64,000 bases of DNA from an uncultured delta proteobacterium. Lineage in GTDB: Bacteria; Desulfobacterota; Desulfomonilia; Desulfomonilales; Desulfomonilaceae. The notes under the pieces were generated by a model. That model saw only the letters and a list, made by a program, of their open reading frames with translations, was not told the origin of the DNA and made no database searches. Made by a program: the position numbers and the translations under genes. Location: NCBI GenBank assembly GCA_963789265.1, contig CAWBKB010000003.1, positions 96,001 through 160,000 of the forward strand, written 5' to 3'. Below, piece by piece: positions 9,683-20,095 of this stretch (position 1 is the stretch's first letter; each line of letters starts with the position of its first letter).

Positions 9683-10042
9683 TCAATTCGTACCAACTGT
9701 TTCGGCCGCAGTCTCTGCGGCCGGTACCACCGACGGTGCGTTCCTTTCCCTTAAAAGGGCGAAAAAGGCAACCGGGATCCACGCTGCCGTTAGTATGACA
9801 GGGGTGGCAAGCAGCAATCCACCGACGATGCCCAAAGCCAGATTCTGAACGACCATAGCGTAGGCCACGACCAGCAGTGACAAGAGGCCCACAGGCCCGA
9901 GGAACAGAAGCCATGCGACAAACATAGTCGCTCCGATTCGCGAACTCAATCCTTCCTCTGCTGTGTCTTTGTGTCTCATGCTCTTGTCCTCCTTTTCGTT
10001 GATTAGGGGGGCCTTGATCGTCCCCCGTGAGCCTCCCGTCAC
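9683..10042 (-). CDS. Small hypothetical membrane protein (likely start at MRHKD, about 9979)
   Basis: Two to three hydrophobic helices; AAGGAGG RBS before ATG AGA CAC. Confidence 0.65.
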   Translation of the reverse strand: MTGGSRGTIKAPLINEKEDKSMRHKDTAEEGLSSRIGATMFVAWLLFLGPVGLLSLLVVAYAMVVQNLALGIVGGLLLATPVILTAAWIPVAFFALLRERNAPSVVPAAETAAETVGTN

Positions 10043-10410
10043 TGAGGAAGCGCAATACCCGTTCTATGAGCCTCGTTGCGTGCAAATGGCCTTCTCTTAG
10101 TCTTTTACTAAAGAATATCCGATCATTTCTGAGGGATCAACTAAAAAATGCGGAAACCGTTTTCTTAAGATCGAATCAGGGATTCAGTAAAGAATAACTG
10201 ACTCATGCTGATGCGTTTTCAAATAAGCAACCACTCTTCGGGACCGCTCCCTCGATTGTGGAACCGCGACCGTTGGTCGATTCATAAAAGCCCTTCAAGC
10301 GGTGCAATCCTCTACAACCGTTATGGCCGTTATGGTTGACGGGGCACCAGGGCCCAGAGGTCCGGGAAGGCGGCGTCTAAACTACATGTTTTCCTTCCGC
10401 ACTTTTCCTT

Positions 10411-10427
10411 TGCAACATCTGCACCAA
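10411..10427 (-). promoter_or_regulatory. Putative sigma-54 (-24/-12) promoter
   Basis: Minus strand TTGGTGCAGATGTTGCA: GG and GC exactly 12 nt apart; AT-rich tract upstream. Confidence 0.45.
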
Positions 10428-10809
10428 TTCTCGCCGGCTAAAGCATCAGTGATAACTAACTGTTTTTAGTACAAATCTCAAGGAACTAACGGCATCCAAA
10501 ATGGGAAGATTCACGCCGCGCTTAAGCGGTGTGGAGTGTCTTCCTCGTATGTGAGGATTCCATTCCTGCTCTTGTTGATCTGTTCCAACATTCTTTGTAG
10601 TAAGAACACTCGGAACTGCCTCGGAGCCCCACCATGCTCAGTGACCACTTTCCTCTAGATGTGGAGCACTCGTCAGAGAGCGCATTTGCATCCAGGGTAT
10701 CATTCAGGTCGTCCTTGTAATCCCTTTTCACAGATAAACTTCCTAACTTAAGGTATGCCTTCCTGTGGCTCGTTTGAGTGAGGTGCCTGCAAGGGCGTGA
10801 CTGCCTTCG

Positions 10810-12834
10810 TCACTTGTTGACCAAAGCTTCAGCGTGAGCCACAACATTTTCCACGCTAAAACCATAACGCCTGAGCACTTCCGAACCCGGTGCCGATGCG
10901 CCGAAGCAATCCACACCTATGATCGCTCCGCTATCACCCACCCACTGAGCCCAGCCCATGGTAGATCCCGCCTCAATTGCAAGCCGCGCCTTGCAATCAG
11001 GAGGAAGCACGTTGTCCCGATAGTCCTGCGGCTGCTCCAGAAATAGTTCCCAGGACGGCATGGAGATGATCCTGGCCTGGATCCCCTTTTCCGCGGAGAG
11101 CCTCTCCTGTGCCTGAAGTGCTAAATGCACCTCGGAGCCGGTGGCTATCATCAGAATGTCCGGCGTACCTTTCGCATCCGATACAATGTAGGCCCCTTTT
11201 TCAAGTCCCGATGCACCGGCGTAGCGGCCCTGATCGATGATCGGCAGGTTTTGTCGGCTCAAAATCAGCGCAACCGGTCCTGAGCGCTGCAAAGCTACCC
11301 TCCACGCCGCCGCGGTCTCGTTGGCATCGGCAGGCCGAATGACGACAAAGTTCGGCATTGCACGCAGGGAAGCAAGGTGCTCCACCGGCTGATGTGTGGG
11401 GCCGTCTTCTCCCACGGCAATACTGTCATGCGTAAAAACGAAGATGGAATGGACGTTCATCAAAGCCGCCACCCTCAAAGACGGCCGTAGATAATCGGAG
11501 AATATCAGGAACGTAGATCCATAGGGTATCACTCCTGCGTGCAAGGCCATGCCGTTAACCATAGCGGCCATTGCGTGTTCTCTTATGCCAAAATGGACAT
11601 TCCGTCCCCCGGGACTATCAACGGCATGGTCAGATGCCCCGGCAATGAGAGTTTTAGTAGATGGGGCAAGGTCTGCGGAACCTCCCAAAACATTCGGGAC
11701 CCGCTTGGCAATGGCGTTGAGGATTTTTCCCGAAGCAACTCGCGTCGCGATGGCTCCATCCTCCGCTTTGTACAGCGGAATGTCCGCATGCCAATCAGGG
11801 GGAAGTTCCCCGCGGAATTGCCGTTCAAAGCATTCCGCCTCAAAGGGGAATTCCGTCCGATACGAGCTGAACATGGCTTGCCAGTCTGTTTCAAGCTTAC
11901 GCCCGCGATCCAGGGCCAACGAGAACTGAGAAACAGCCTCATCCGGTATATGAAATGGCGGCTCGATCGGCCAACTGAACGCTTCCTTCGTGGCCCTAAG
12001 AGCTTCTTCGCCCAGCGGCTCGCCGTGAGCGCCAGCACTGTCCTGCTTGGGGCTGCCGAATCCGATATGCGTGCGAATCATGATGAGAGACGGCCGTTCG
12101 GTTTCCAGCCGGGCCTTTCGGATAGCACCTTCGATGTCGTCAATGTCATTGCCGTCCGGCACTTTTTGGACTTGCCAGCCGTACGCCTCAAAACGCCCCT
12201 GCACATTCTCCGTAAAAGTCAGAGCCGTATCACCTTCAATCGTAATATGATTATCGTCATACAGATAAATAAGTTTGCCGAGCTTCAGGTGGCCGGCAAT
12301 TGAAGCCGCCTCGCACGCAACGCCCTCCATGAGATCCCCATCGGAAACTATCGCATACGTGAAATGGTCAACCAACGGAAAGCCAGCACGATTAAATTGC
12401 GCTGCCAGGAACCGTTCAGCCAGGGCCATTCCTACGCCCATGCCGAAGCCTTGCCCGAGTGGACCCGTCGTGGCTTCGATCCCGCATTCGAGACAATATT
12501 CAGGATGGCCCGGCGTCTTACTCTCCCATTGGCGAAACCGCTTCATGTCCTCGAGGGAGATATCGTAGCCGGTAAGATGAAGCAGAGCGTAGAGCAGCGC
12601 GGAACCATGTCCGGCCGAGTGAACAAAACGATCGCGGTTGGGCCAGCACGGATTAGCCGGATTGTACCGCAGAAACTTTGTCCAGAGCACATAAGCCATC
12701 GGCGCGGCGCCCAGCGGAAGCCCCGGATGACCCGACTCAGCCGCTTGGATGGCGTCAGCGGCCAGGATTCGTAGTGTGTTGATACAAACTTGGTGAAGAT
12801 CTTTTCGATCATTGCTCATGTAGGCATCCTCCAA
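10810..12834 (-). CDS. tkt: Transketolase
   Basis: [31 protein letters not shown]-type ThDP motif (SDGDLMEG), GEDGPTHQP. Confidence 0.97.
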   Translation of the reverse strand: MEDAYMSNDRKDLHQVCINTLRILAADAIQAAESGHPGLPLGAAPMAYVLWTKFLRYNPANPCWPNRDRFVHSAGHGSALLYALLHLTGYDISLEDMKRFRQWESKTPGHPEYCLECGIEATTGPLGQGFGMGVGMALAERFLAAQFNRAGFPLVDHFTYAIVSDGDLMEGVACEAASIAGHLKLGKLIYLYDDNHITIEGDTALTFTENVQGRFEAYGWQVQKVPDGNDIDDIEGAIRKARLETERPSLIMIRTHIGFGSPKQDSAGAHGEPLGEEALRATKEAFSWPIEPPFHIPDEAVSQFSLALDRGRKLETDWQAMFSSYRTEFPFEAECFERQFRGELPPDWHADIPLYKAEDGAIATRVASGKILNAIAKRVPNVLGGSADLAPSTKTLIAGASDHAVDSPGGRNVHFGIREHAMAAMVNGMALHAGVIPYGSTFLIFSDYLRPSLRVAALMNVHSIFVFTHDSIAVGEDGPTHQPVEHLASLRAMPNFVVIRPADANETAAAWRVALQRSGPVALILSRQNLPIIDQGRYAGASGLEKGAYIVSDAKGTPDILMIATGSEVHLALQAQERLSAEKGIQARIISMPSWELFLEQPQDYRDNVLPPDCKARLAIEAGSTMGWAQWVGDSGAIIGVDCFGASAPGSEVLRRYGFSVENVVAHAEALVNK

Positions 12835-12940
12835 AAGTCAGAGACGACCGTGCGTCCCCAAAACACAAATCATTAGCAGCCGACTCGGAAGTATAGTGAC
12901 ACGCGAGCACCGCTCATATTACCCAATTTCTCGGGATTTT

Positions 12941-15088
12941 TCACTGCTTCATCGCGCCCAGCAATTCAAGCATCTTATCTGAATTCGTAGTCGGCAATTC
13001 GCACTGATAATCGGCACAAACGTATGCGGTAGCTTTGCCCTCAAGGCTCACTTGTTCTGCTGTATATCCCGCGAGCCTTGTAATTGCCGGAGAATCGCCG
13101 TCAATAGGCCGCAGCAAAACAACCTTGGCGGGGATAAAGACGCTTCGTAGTTCCCTTAGCATGGCCTGTGTGTCATCGGCTTCGGCCCGACCCGCTATAA
13201 CTACCTCGTAAGACGGCCCAAGAGCGAACTCCAGAGCGACCAGCATCTGCGTGTAGGCTGATGGAAACTGTCTTATGTTCCCCGAGAATGTGCGGGCAAT
13301 AATTTCCGCCTTCTGGTCCAGATCAGGGCTCGCCGTCATACGGGCCAGACGCAACAGATTCAAGGCAGCCACTGAATTACCGGACGGGGTAGCGCCGTCA
13401 TAGATCTCCTTGTTGCGGATAAGCAACTCCTCGGAGTCGTCTGCCGTGAAATAGAAACCTCCCCCTTCGCTGTCCCAGAAGTGAGAGATAAAGTCATCAT
13501 TGAGTTTGACCGCGCTTTCAAGGTAACGCACGTCGAAGCCCGCCTCATACAATTCAAGCAGTCCCCAGATCAGGAACGAATAGTCGTCGGCATGGGCAGG
13601 CAGCGCCGCTTCAGCGTCTCGAAATCGATGCAATAGTCGGCCGTCAGGATCGCGCATGGTTTGGAGAATGAAGTCGGCTGCTTTACCGGCCGCGTCCGCA
13701 TACTCCAGCCTATCAAAGGCTTGAGCCCCTTTTGATAGAGCCGCGATCATAAGGCCGTTCCAGTCGGTCAGGATCTTGTCATCTTTACTCGGATGAATGC
13801 GCTTCTCTCTCGCAGCGAACAGTTTTGCGCGCGCCTTTTGCAGCACCTGTTCAAGTTGCTCTTGGCTGAGGTTAAGCTCGGATGCTACTTCCGAAAGAGA
13901 TTCTTTCAAGTGCAAAATGTTGGAGCCGGTCAGCCTGCCGGTGGCTTCTTCCTCGAAGTTGCCCGAGAGCCTTATATTGAAAGCGCGCTTGATCAAATCG
14001 GCTTCGTCTGCTTCCAGGACGTGATTGATTTCCTCGGCGTTCCAGACGTAAAACTTTCCCTCGACACCTTCACTGTCCGCGTCTTCCGCTGAATAGAAGC
14101 CTCCATTCGGAGCGGTCATGTCACGCAGTACATAAGTGAAGATTTCCTGGGCTGTTTGCGCGAACTGAGATTTTCCGGTTGCCTGATAAGCTTCGGTATA
14201 TGCCATAGCCAACATGGCTTGATCGTAGAGCATCTTTTCGAAATGGGGAACGAGCCACCGGGAATCGGTGGAATATCGGTGGTAACCGAAGCCCAAGTGG
14301 TCGTAGATTCCACCTGAACGCATGGCCTGAAGAGTCTTCTCGACCATCTCCAGGGCCTGCGTTTGTCCGGTCCGCTTCCAGTATCTGAGAAGAAACATGA
14401 GGTTGTGGGGGGTAGGGAATTTAGGGGCTTCGCCGAACCCGCCACGGACCGGGTCAAATCGTTGAGCCAATTGCCGGTAAGCCGAGTCAAGCACTTCTTT
14501 TCCCGGCAGATGGCCGGGGGATGTGTCCGGCAACTGGCGCAGCCCAAGCATAACTTTGCTTGCCGATTGCAGAAGTTCTTCCCGCTGCGTTCGCCATAGT
14601 TCCTTAATGCGCGGGGCCAGATCCGTCATGCCGAGCCTGCCGAAACGGCTCTCTTTGGGAAAGTATGTGCCCGCATAGAACGGCTTTTTATCCGGAGTCA
14701 AAATCACGTTCAGGGGCCACCCGCCACCGCCGGTCATCATCTGACATACGGCCATGTACACATGGTCGAGGTCCGGGCGCTCTTCCCTATCCACTTTGAT
14801 AGAAACGAAAGCCTCATTCATCAAGCGAGCTACATCGGGATCTTCGAACGACTCGTGCTCCATGACATGGCACCAGTGACAGGTTGAATACCCTATTGAA
14901 AGAAATATGGGCTTATCTTCTTTGCGGGCCTTTTCGAACGCTTCATCCCCCCAAGCGAACCAATCCACCGGATTGTGTGCGTGTTGGAGCAGATAGGGGC
15001 TTTTCTCGCGTATCAGCCGATTCGGCCTGCATTCACTTCTTGGAGAAGCATTAGTGTCCTGAGGGTCGGTGCCTTTTTCCATTCTCAT
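12941..15088 (-). CDS. yyaL: YyaL/DUF255 thioredoxin-domain protein
   Basis: [46 protein letters not shown]. Confidence 0.95.
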   Translation of the reverse strand: MRMEKGTDPQDTNASPRSECRPNRLIREKSPYLLQHAHNPVDWFAWGDEAFEKARKEDKPIFLSIGYSTCHWCHVMEHESFEDPDVARLMNEAFVSIKVDREERPDLDHVYMAVCQMMTGGGGWPLNVILTPDKKPFYAGTYFPKESRFGRLGMTDLAPRIKELWRTQREELLQSASKVMLGLRQLPDTSPGHLPGKEVLDSAYRQLAQRFDPVRGGFGEAPKFPTPHNLMFLLRYWKRTGQTQALEMVEKTLQAMRSGGIYDHLGFGYHRYSTDSRWLVPHFEKMLYDQAMLAMAYTEAYQATGKSQFAQTAQEIFTYVLRDMTAPNGGFYSAEDADSEGVEGKFYVWNAEEINHVLEADEADLIKRAFNIRLSGNFEEEATGRLTGSNILHLKESLSEVASELNLSQEQLEQVLQKARAKLFAAREKRIHPSKDDKILTDWNGLMIAALSKGAQAFDRLEYADAAGKAADFILQTMRDPDGRLLHRFRDAEAALPAHADDYSFLIWGLLELYEAGFDVRYLESAVKLNDDFISHFWDSEGGGFYFTADDSEELLIRNKEIYDGATPSGNSVAALNLLRLARMTASPDLDQKAEIIARTFSGNIRQFPSAYTQMLVALEFALGPSYEVVIAGRAEADDTQAMLRELRSVFIPAKVVLLRPIDGDSPAITRLAGYTAEQVSLEGKATAYVCADYQCELPTTNSDKMLELLGAMKQ

Positions 15089-15122
15089 CGCTCCTGATTT
15101 GTGACAGGCAGTTTGCGATTCC

Positions 15123-15228
15123 CGTCACCCTGGACTCCGATCCGAGGAGTCGCCGGCGTCCCTGCCGGCGACGAATGACCGGCACGGAGGCCGGTCCTAC
15201 CAAGATTCCCGCATACGCGGGAATGACG
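15123..15228. repeat. Composite repeat: GTCA-type palindrome pair enclosing a GTAG-type REP
   Basis: CGTCACCCTGGACTCCGATCCGAGG ... GTCGCCGGCGTCCCTGCCGGCGAC ... ACCGGCACGGAGGCCGGTCCTAC (15178-15200) ... GATTCCCGCATACGCGGGAATGACG. Confidence 0.75.
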
Positions 15229-15429
15229 GAGAAATGCCCATCGCGACGCCTGTTCAGCATTATTAGGATTGGGCTGCCAAGAAGGCATTACTCTGGAAAA
15301 CGTTACAAATTTCTCACTCTTTCAATGGCTTCTTAGACACCGTTAAGTACACGTTGCGCCGGGATTTTCAAAAGGCAAGGACGGAAGGGGTTGAAATACC
15401 TTTTGAAGGCTCAAACAAACGGCCTGCAC

Positions 15430-16104
15430 TCACAGGGACTGAGAGATGCCGCCATCTCTGCGGATCCTCCAGAAATGCCAAAGCATTGTGATAACTAAGA
15501 AGCCGGGCAGAAGAATCACGTGCCATGCATACACGCGGACAAGCACGAGGTTACCGACCTCCTGAGGTCCGAACATGAGATTTGCCATGACTGATCCTGC
15601 TAGCGGCACTGTTTGAGTAAGGTTCCTCGCGATGGTCCATGCGCACAAGCCTCTATCGTCCCAAACGAGAAGGTATCCGGTGAAGTCGACCAAAAGTGTG
15701 GCGACCAGCAGCATTAGCCCGATGAGCCAATTCAAATGCCTTGGCGGAGCAAATGATCCGGTAAGAAAAACCCGCACCAGGTGCAAAACCACCGCGACAA
15801 TCATCATTTGGCCGCACCAATAGTGCAGGTTTCGTACGAAGAAGCCATAAGTCACTACGTACGTGATGGACTGCACGGAAGTGTAAGCCAGGCCGGAAGT
15901 GGGAATATAGTATAGTAGAAGCAGCGCTCCGGTGAATACCTCCAGCAGGAACAACCAGAATGCAAGCCCTCCCATACACCAGGTGAACCGAACTTTAGAC
16001 GAGCTTTCAGGTATGAATCGAGGATGAAGATGGACGAGAAATGCTGAAAAGGATCCTTTTGACATCAAGCCACCATCGCGGTGTCTTCGTTTTTCCAGTC
16101 GCAA
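15430..16104 (-). CDS. Cytochrome b6-like N-terminal subunit of a Rieske/cytochrome b complex
   Basis: WCMGG, RNLHYW..VLH, FTGYLLVWD, WHV..LWHF; four heme-b His ligands; ends RRDGGISQSL. Confidence 0.9.
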   Translation of the reverse strand: MRLEKRRHRDGGLMSKGSFSAFLVHLHPRFIPESSSKVRFTWCMGGLAFWLFLLEVFTGALLLLYYIPTSGLAYTSVQSITYVVTYGFFVRNLHYWCGQMMIVAVVLHLVRVFLTGSFAPPRHLNWLIGLMLLVATLLVDFTGYLLVWDDRGLCAWTIARNLTQTVPLAGSVMANLMFGPQEVGNLVLVRVYAWHVILLPGFLVITMLWHFWRIRRDGGISQSL

Positions 16105-16122
16105 GCATCCCTGCCAAGCATT

Positions 16123-16668
16123 TCAAGAGCCCCTCGATTTTGCCGGAGGCTTTTTCAGGAGGCGCAGTTTGTCATTATCACTCCCGGCCAAGAAGAGTTG
16201 TGGCATCGGCCGGGTTGCAGGGCCGCGCTTCACGTTCCCTTCCACATCAAACTCGCTCCCGTGGCATGGGCATTCGAAAAGTCCCAGAGCCGGATTCCAC
16301 CGCTGCCGGCACCCGAGATGCGTGCAACGGTCGTCGAACGCCATAACCTGCTTGTCTCCCGCGCGTTTGACGAGCCAGCAGCCGGCTTCGGGCACATGCA
16401 TCGGCACATTAGGCCGAAGCCTGTCGAGAACTTCTTTGGGAATTTCCCGCCGCCCGTTTTTCCCTATTTTGAAAAAGGCAAATCTCCCAATACCCCATGC
16501 CCCCAGTAGAGCTACCGATGCAGGGAGGAAAACCAAGAGGGATTGCAGGAAAAATCGCCTGGTCGTAGAAATCGGCTCATCCAAGGCGGTGCCTTTCGGC
16601 AGGATCGGAGAGTTGGCGGACCGGCTCCGCGCAAACCTGTATAGTTCCCGCACGGAACCGGCCGGCAA
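16123..16668 (-). CDS. Rieske 2Fe-2S protein with Tat-like anchor
   Basis: [30 protein letters not shown]. Confidence 0.92.
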   Translation of the reverse strand: MPAGSVRELYRFARSRSANSPILPKGTALDEPISTTRRFFLQSLLVFLPASVALLGAWGIGRFAFFKIGKNGRREIPKEVLDRLRPNVPMHVPEAGCWLVKRAGDKQVMAFDDRCTHLGCRQRWNPALGLFECPCHGSEFDVEGNVKRGPATRPMPQLFLAGSDNDKLRLLKKPPAKSRGS

Positions 16669-16670
16669 GG

Positions 16671-16922
16671 TTAACAGCCTTCAGCAGGGGGCAGAGCAGG
16701 CTTCTTCGCGGACGCAGCCTTCATCGCGTTTTCAGCCTCCGCTTTGGTCTTGAACGGGCCCTTAACGATGGCCTTCACATCAGCCGGCTTTTTGTCCGTG
16801 ACAGAGACCTTCCCGGCAGCACCCTTGACCACGTAAAAATCTGCGGCAACAGCCACGGTGGACATGCCGAAAGCTATCAAAGCAAACAGAACCACACTCA
16901 ATCTCACGATCTTGCTCATCAT
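16671..16922 (-). CDS. Small exported protein with a C-terminal Cys
   Basis: AGGAGG RBS, signal peptide (AVA|AD), ends [13 protein letters not shown]. Confidence 0.8.
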   Translation of the reverse strand: MMSKIVRLSVVLFALIAFGMSTVAVAADFYVVKGAAGKVSVTDKKPADVKAIVKGPFKTKAEAENAMKAASAKKPALPPAEGC

Positions 16923-16980
16923 GCGGCCTCCTAAAAAGTAATTAACAGCTAGTTCTTAGCATGAAAAAGGTTTCTTGCCC

Positions 16981-17589
16981 CTATTTTTTGTCGTACGGAG
17001 CCCATTTTTCAGCCAGACCGGCAAGCCAAAAGGAAGCCAGCGCCATCACTACGACGGCAGCGGCAATCAGCTCCTTGCTCATGCCGAATACTTGCCAGAG
17101 AGTGACCCTTCCGAGGGGGGAACTCTTGTAGAATGAGCCCCACACGGGAAATCCCGCGGCAAATACCCAGATGCCGACGATCATTCCGAGCATAAAGATG
17201 AGTGCATCAAGTTTACCCGACATGATCCCGACCGCTGAGGTGCCGGGGCAATATCCGCCAATCACGAAGCCGAGGCCGAACAAAACTCCGCCTACGAGCT
17301 GAGGCCACAAATACGTTTGCAGCAAAGAATAGTTCACGAGCATCGAGTAGTCGAACAGGCCTATCCAACTTAACACAATCAGCCCGACCAGTGCCGTGCC
17401 TATTGCCGAAAACATCACTTTAAGGACCCGCATATCTCTGAAATAGAAGATATTGGTTAGATTGCGGGCATCGCCGAAACCTGCCCTCTCAAGAACAAAG
17501 CCAAAGAGAATCCCCACGCCCAGTGCTACCCATAGACTGGTCCCGGGTCCGAAAGCTCCTGTAAGATAAAGTGGACCGCTCATGACCAT
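16981..17589 (-). CDS. YeeE/YedE-family sulfur (thiosulfate) transporter subunit
   Basis: FGFVLERAGF, DMRVLKVMF, GYCPGT. Confidence 0.9.
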   Translation of the reverse strand: MVMSGPLYLTGAFGPGTSLWVALGVGILFGFVLERAGFGDARNLTNIFYFRDMRVLKVMFSAIGTALVGLIVLSWIGLFDYSMLVNYSLLQTYLWPQLVGGVLFGLGFVIGGYCPGTSAVGIMSGKLDALIFMLGMIVGIWVFAAGFPVWGSFYKSSPLGRVTLWQVFGMSKELIAAAVVVMALASFWLAGLAEKWAPYDKK

Positions 17590-18134
17590 TCCCTCCTGAC
17601 AAAGTACGCGGCAACGAACGCCGTGGCGAAGACGGTCATCATGAACACCCAGCTACCCACCGCCATCGTTGCTCCTCCACTTAATGCTTGGCCGCTGGTA
17701 CACCCCAGAGCAAAACGAGTGCCGATCCCGCCGATCGCGCCTCCACCGAAAGCCATGCCCAATCTTAGGCCGACGCTTGCGGTGGGGCCTCTTCCTACTC
17801 CGGGCCTAAACCTCCGAGCGGTCACTACTGCGATCAAGCCTCCTATAAAGACGCCCGCCACCTCTAAGACCATCCAATTCACCAGAGGATTTTTGCCTCC
17901 AGGTTTGTAAAACGACTTGTAATAGGGATGATGTTCCACGGCTGTCGGGGCGGCTGCATGCGCTATCACCGCTGCGGTCCTGGTAACCGCGCCGGAGGCC
18001 CCAAGCCCTGTGCCCATCAGATAAAACGTAAACAGCAGAACCAATCCCAAGGCTATTCCGGCCACATAGGGGTTCCAGAATCCCTTGGCGTATTCCAAAT
18101 CCATCATTGTCGCTTCTCCCTTTCTGGTAATCAT
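17580..18134 (-). CDS. YeeE/YedE-family sulfur (thiosulfate) transporter subunit
   Basis: WNPYVAGIALG, GLGASG, ALGCTSGQALSG. Confidence 0.9.
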   Translation of the reverse strand: MITRKGEATMMDLEYAKGFWNPYVAGIALGLVLLFTFYLMGTGLGASGAVTRTAAVIAHAAAPTAVEHHPYYKSFYKPGGKNPLVNWMVLEVAGVFIGGLIAVVTARRFRPGVGRGPTASVGLRLGMAFGGGAIGGIGTRFALGCTSGQALSGGATMAVGSWVFMMTVFATAFVAAYFVRREWS

Positions 18135-18593
18135 TTCCTTTCCGTCGTTTGGGCGTCCGCCCCGGATGCCTCTGAAACGGGAGCGGACTCTTTGAATCGC
18201 ACCTTTGGTGCCAGCGTAACCGGAACCCCAAGGGTTTTCGCGGGAACTTTTTCAGCAACCATCTCCTGCCAGAACTTCGGCGATGGATCATTCACCGGTA
18301 AATCCCTCGGACATGACCTTAGCCATCTCAAGCCGAACTGGAAAACGCCGGCCACGAGAACAGCAATGACAGAGAGGATCACGGCTGTTATCAAGCCTGC
18401 TGCTATCATCCGGCCGCGCTTTTGACTAGGCGACCGAACAGCCTGGATCTGTTCTTTCTCTTCGCCGCTCTCAGCAACGATTTGCTGCTCTTCAGGCCCG
18501 TCTTGTCCAGGTGCTTGAACTTCCTCAGCCTCTAAGCGACTGTTTCTTGTCCTCTTCTGCCATTGCTTTATCCTTTTCGGCCAACATGGGCAT
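18131..18593 (-). CDS. Hypothetical single-pass membrane protein, probably with one frameshift near 18534
   Basis: MPMLAEKDKAMAEEDKKQS joins LEAEEVQAPG...RGRMIAAG (ORF 18131-18409) if one base is removed; acidic N-terminus then one TM helix. Confidence 0.55.
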
Positions 18594-18610
18594 TTGTCGC
18601 AGGTTTTGAA

Positions 18611-19504
18611 CTATGAGATTATCTGCGGAGGCGTAGCCGAAAAAATTATCAATGCTCTCAGGCTCATGCCACCGATCAAAACGCACAGGTCCGCGCCGAC
18701 AACCAGATATTTAGACATCTCGCCATATTCATAGTATTCAACAATGCTAAGCACAAAGGGGACAAGAAGTCCCACCGTCACAACCAGCGCCCAGAAGTAC
18801 GGACTTAAGAATCCAGAAAGCAAAATGTTGGCAGAAGCGGCTGCCTCAACAGAGCGTGTCAATGACATGAAGATAAACAGCATGAGCACACCCGCTTCAA
18901 CGGACAGGAATATGACATGGCCAAGGGCGAAATTCGACAAAGTCCGAATAGTGCTTATATCGATGATGGCCGCGCCGATCATAGCGACAGCCAGGCCCGT
19001 AGACATGGCCGAAGCCATGAAGAGCACCGGCATAACCGGAGTGTTCCAAAAGGGAATTCCGTTAACCACAGCAATGAGCACGCCGGTATATCCCGCGGTT
19101 CCGACCGCGAGGATACTCCCCACGACTTCAAGGTGACGTACGTATTTCTTCGCGAATCGGCCCACAAATGATATTTCGTTGAGCGCTGCGGCGTACAGAA
19201 AGGCCACCGGAATGAAGACCGACAGGATTATAACACCCCAGGAAATCATGCTGGTGAGATTGCTGACCAGGTATAATTGCCGCCAGGGCTGCCAAAATCC
19301 CGCTTCGAGGTCAAATACCAGACAAGCGGTCCCCAGCGCTACCAGAGGCCCGGAAGCTAATGAGCCCGCACGCGCCAATGACTTGGACCAGTCTGGAGCG
19401 AGAAGGTCGCAAGCCACGGCCGCTAGAAATGCGCCGGCGCCGGCGCCGGCCAGAAAAAGATACGAGACGATCAGCCATCCCCATGCGTTTTCAGGCATGG
19501 TCAA
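18611..19504 (-). CDS. psrC: NrfD/PsrC-family membrane anchor
   Basis: WGWLIVSYLFLAGAGAG, SMISWG, YTGVLI, IPFWNT; about 8 TM helices. Confidence 0.9.
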   Translation of the reverse strand: MTMPENAWGWLIVSYLFLAGAGAGAFLAAVACDLLAPDWSKSLARAGSLASGPLVALGTACLVFDLEAGFWQPWRQLYLVSNLTSMISWGVIILSVFIPVAFLYAAALNEISFVGRFAKKYVRHLEVVGSILAVGTAGYTGVLIAVVNGIPFWNTPVMPVLFMASAMSTGLAVAMIGAAIIDISTIRTLSNFALGHVIFLSVEAGVLMLFIFMSLTRSVEAAASANILLSGFLSPYFWALVVTVGLLVPFVLSIVEYYEYGEMSKYLVVGADLCVLIGGMSLRALIIFSATPPQIIS

Positions 19505-20043
19505 CTCCTTTTGTAGAAGACTTTGGGACGCGTGTTAAGGTCGGGCCGTAACGGCTCGGCCCTGTGCTTTGCTATGAATCGAGATATCTTGCTCCCGGGA
19601 TCGTTCAGGTCCCCGAAGATCCTCACCTGGTTAGGGCAAGTAGTTACACATGCCGGCTCGCCCCCCTGCCGAACGAGGTCGATGCAGAACCAGCATTTGA
19701 CGACAATGCCTTCACGTTCGTCCAGGGATCGCACCTTGTAAGGGCAGGCCTCTATGCAGTACTTGCAACCAACGCATCGGTTTCGATGAACCAGCACCAC
19801 GCCTTCCGGGGAAGTATAGATCGCACCTGTAGGGCAAACTCTCTGGCAAGGGGGATCTTCGCACTGATTGCACTGCAGAGGAATGAACTCTTTGCCGAAG
19901 GACGGGTTCGCTCCTCGCTCTTTTTCTTTGATCCAGTTGAATGATTGCCCATATTCCAGAGTCTGCTGGTTCTGGCAAGCGACCCGGCACGAATGACAGC
20001 CGATACATTTCGTTGTGTCTACAGCAATTCCGTATCGAGGCAT
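19501..20043 (-). CDS. psrB: PsrB/PhsB-type 4x[4Fe-4S] subunit
   Basis: CIGCHSCRVAC, CNQCEDPPCQRVCP, CVGCKYCIEACP, KCWFC..PACVTTCP. Confidence 0.92.
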   Translation of the reverse strand: MPRYGIAVDTTKCIGCHSCRVACQNQQTLEYGQSFNWIKEKERGANPSFGKEFIPLQCNQCEDPPCQRVCPTGAIYTSPEGVVLVHRNRCVGCKYCIEACPYKVRSLDEREGIVVKCWFCIDLVRQGGEPACVTTCPNQVRIFGDLNDPGSKISRFIAKHRAEPLRPDLNTRPKVFYKRS

Positions 20044-20095
20044 GTTTATCTCCCGTAAGATTCTGTGATGCAGCCACCTCAGGAGCCCTACCGTC

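Noticed and set aside
10522..10731. 69-aa ORF downstream of tkt
   Set aside because: No recognisable motif or clear RBS; cannot be supported
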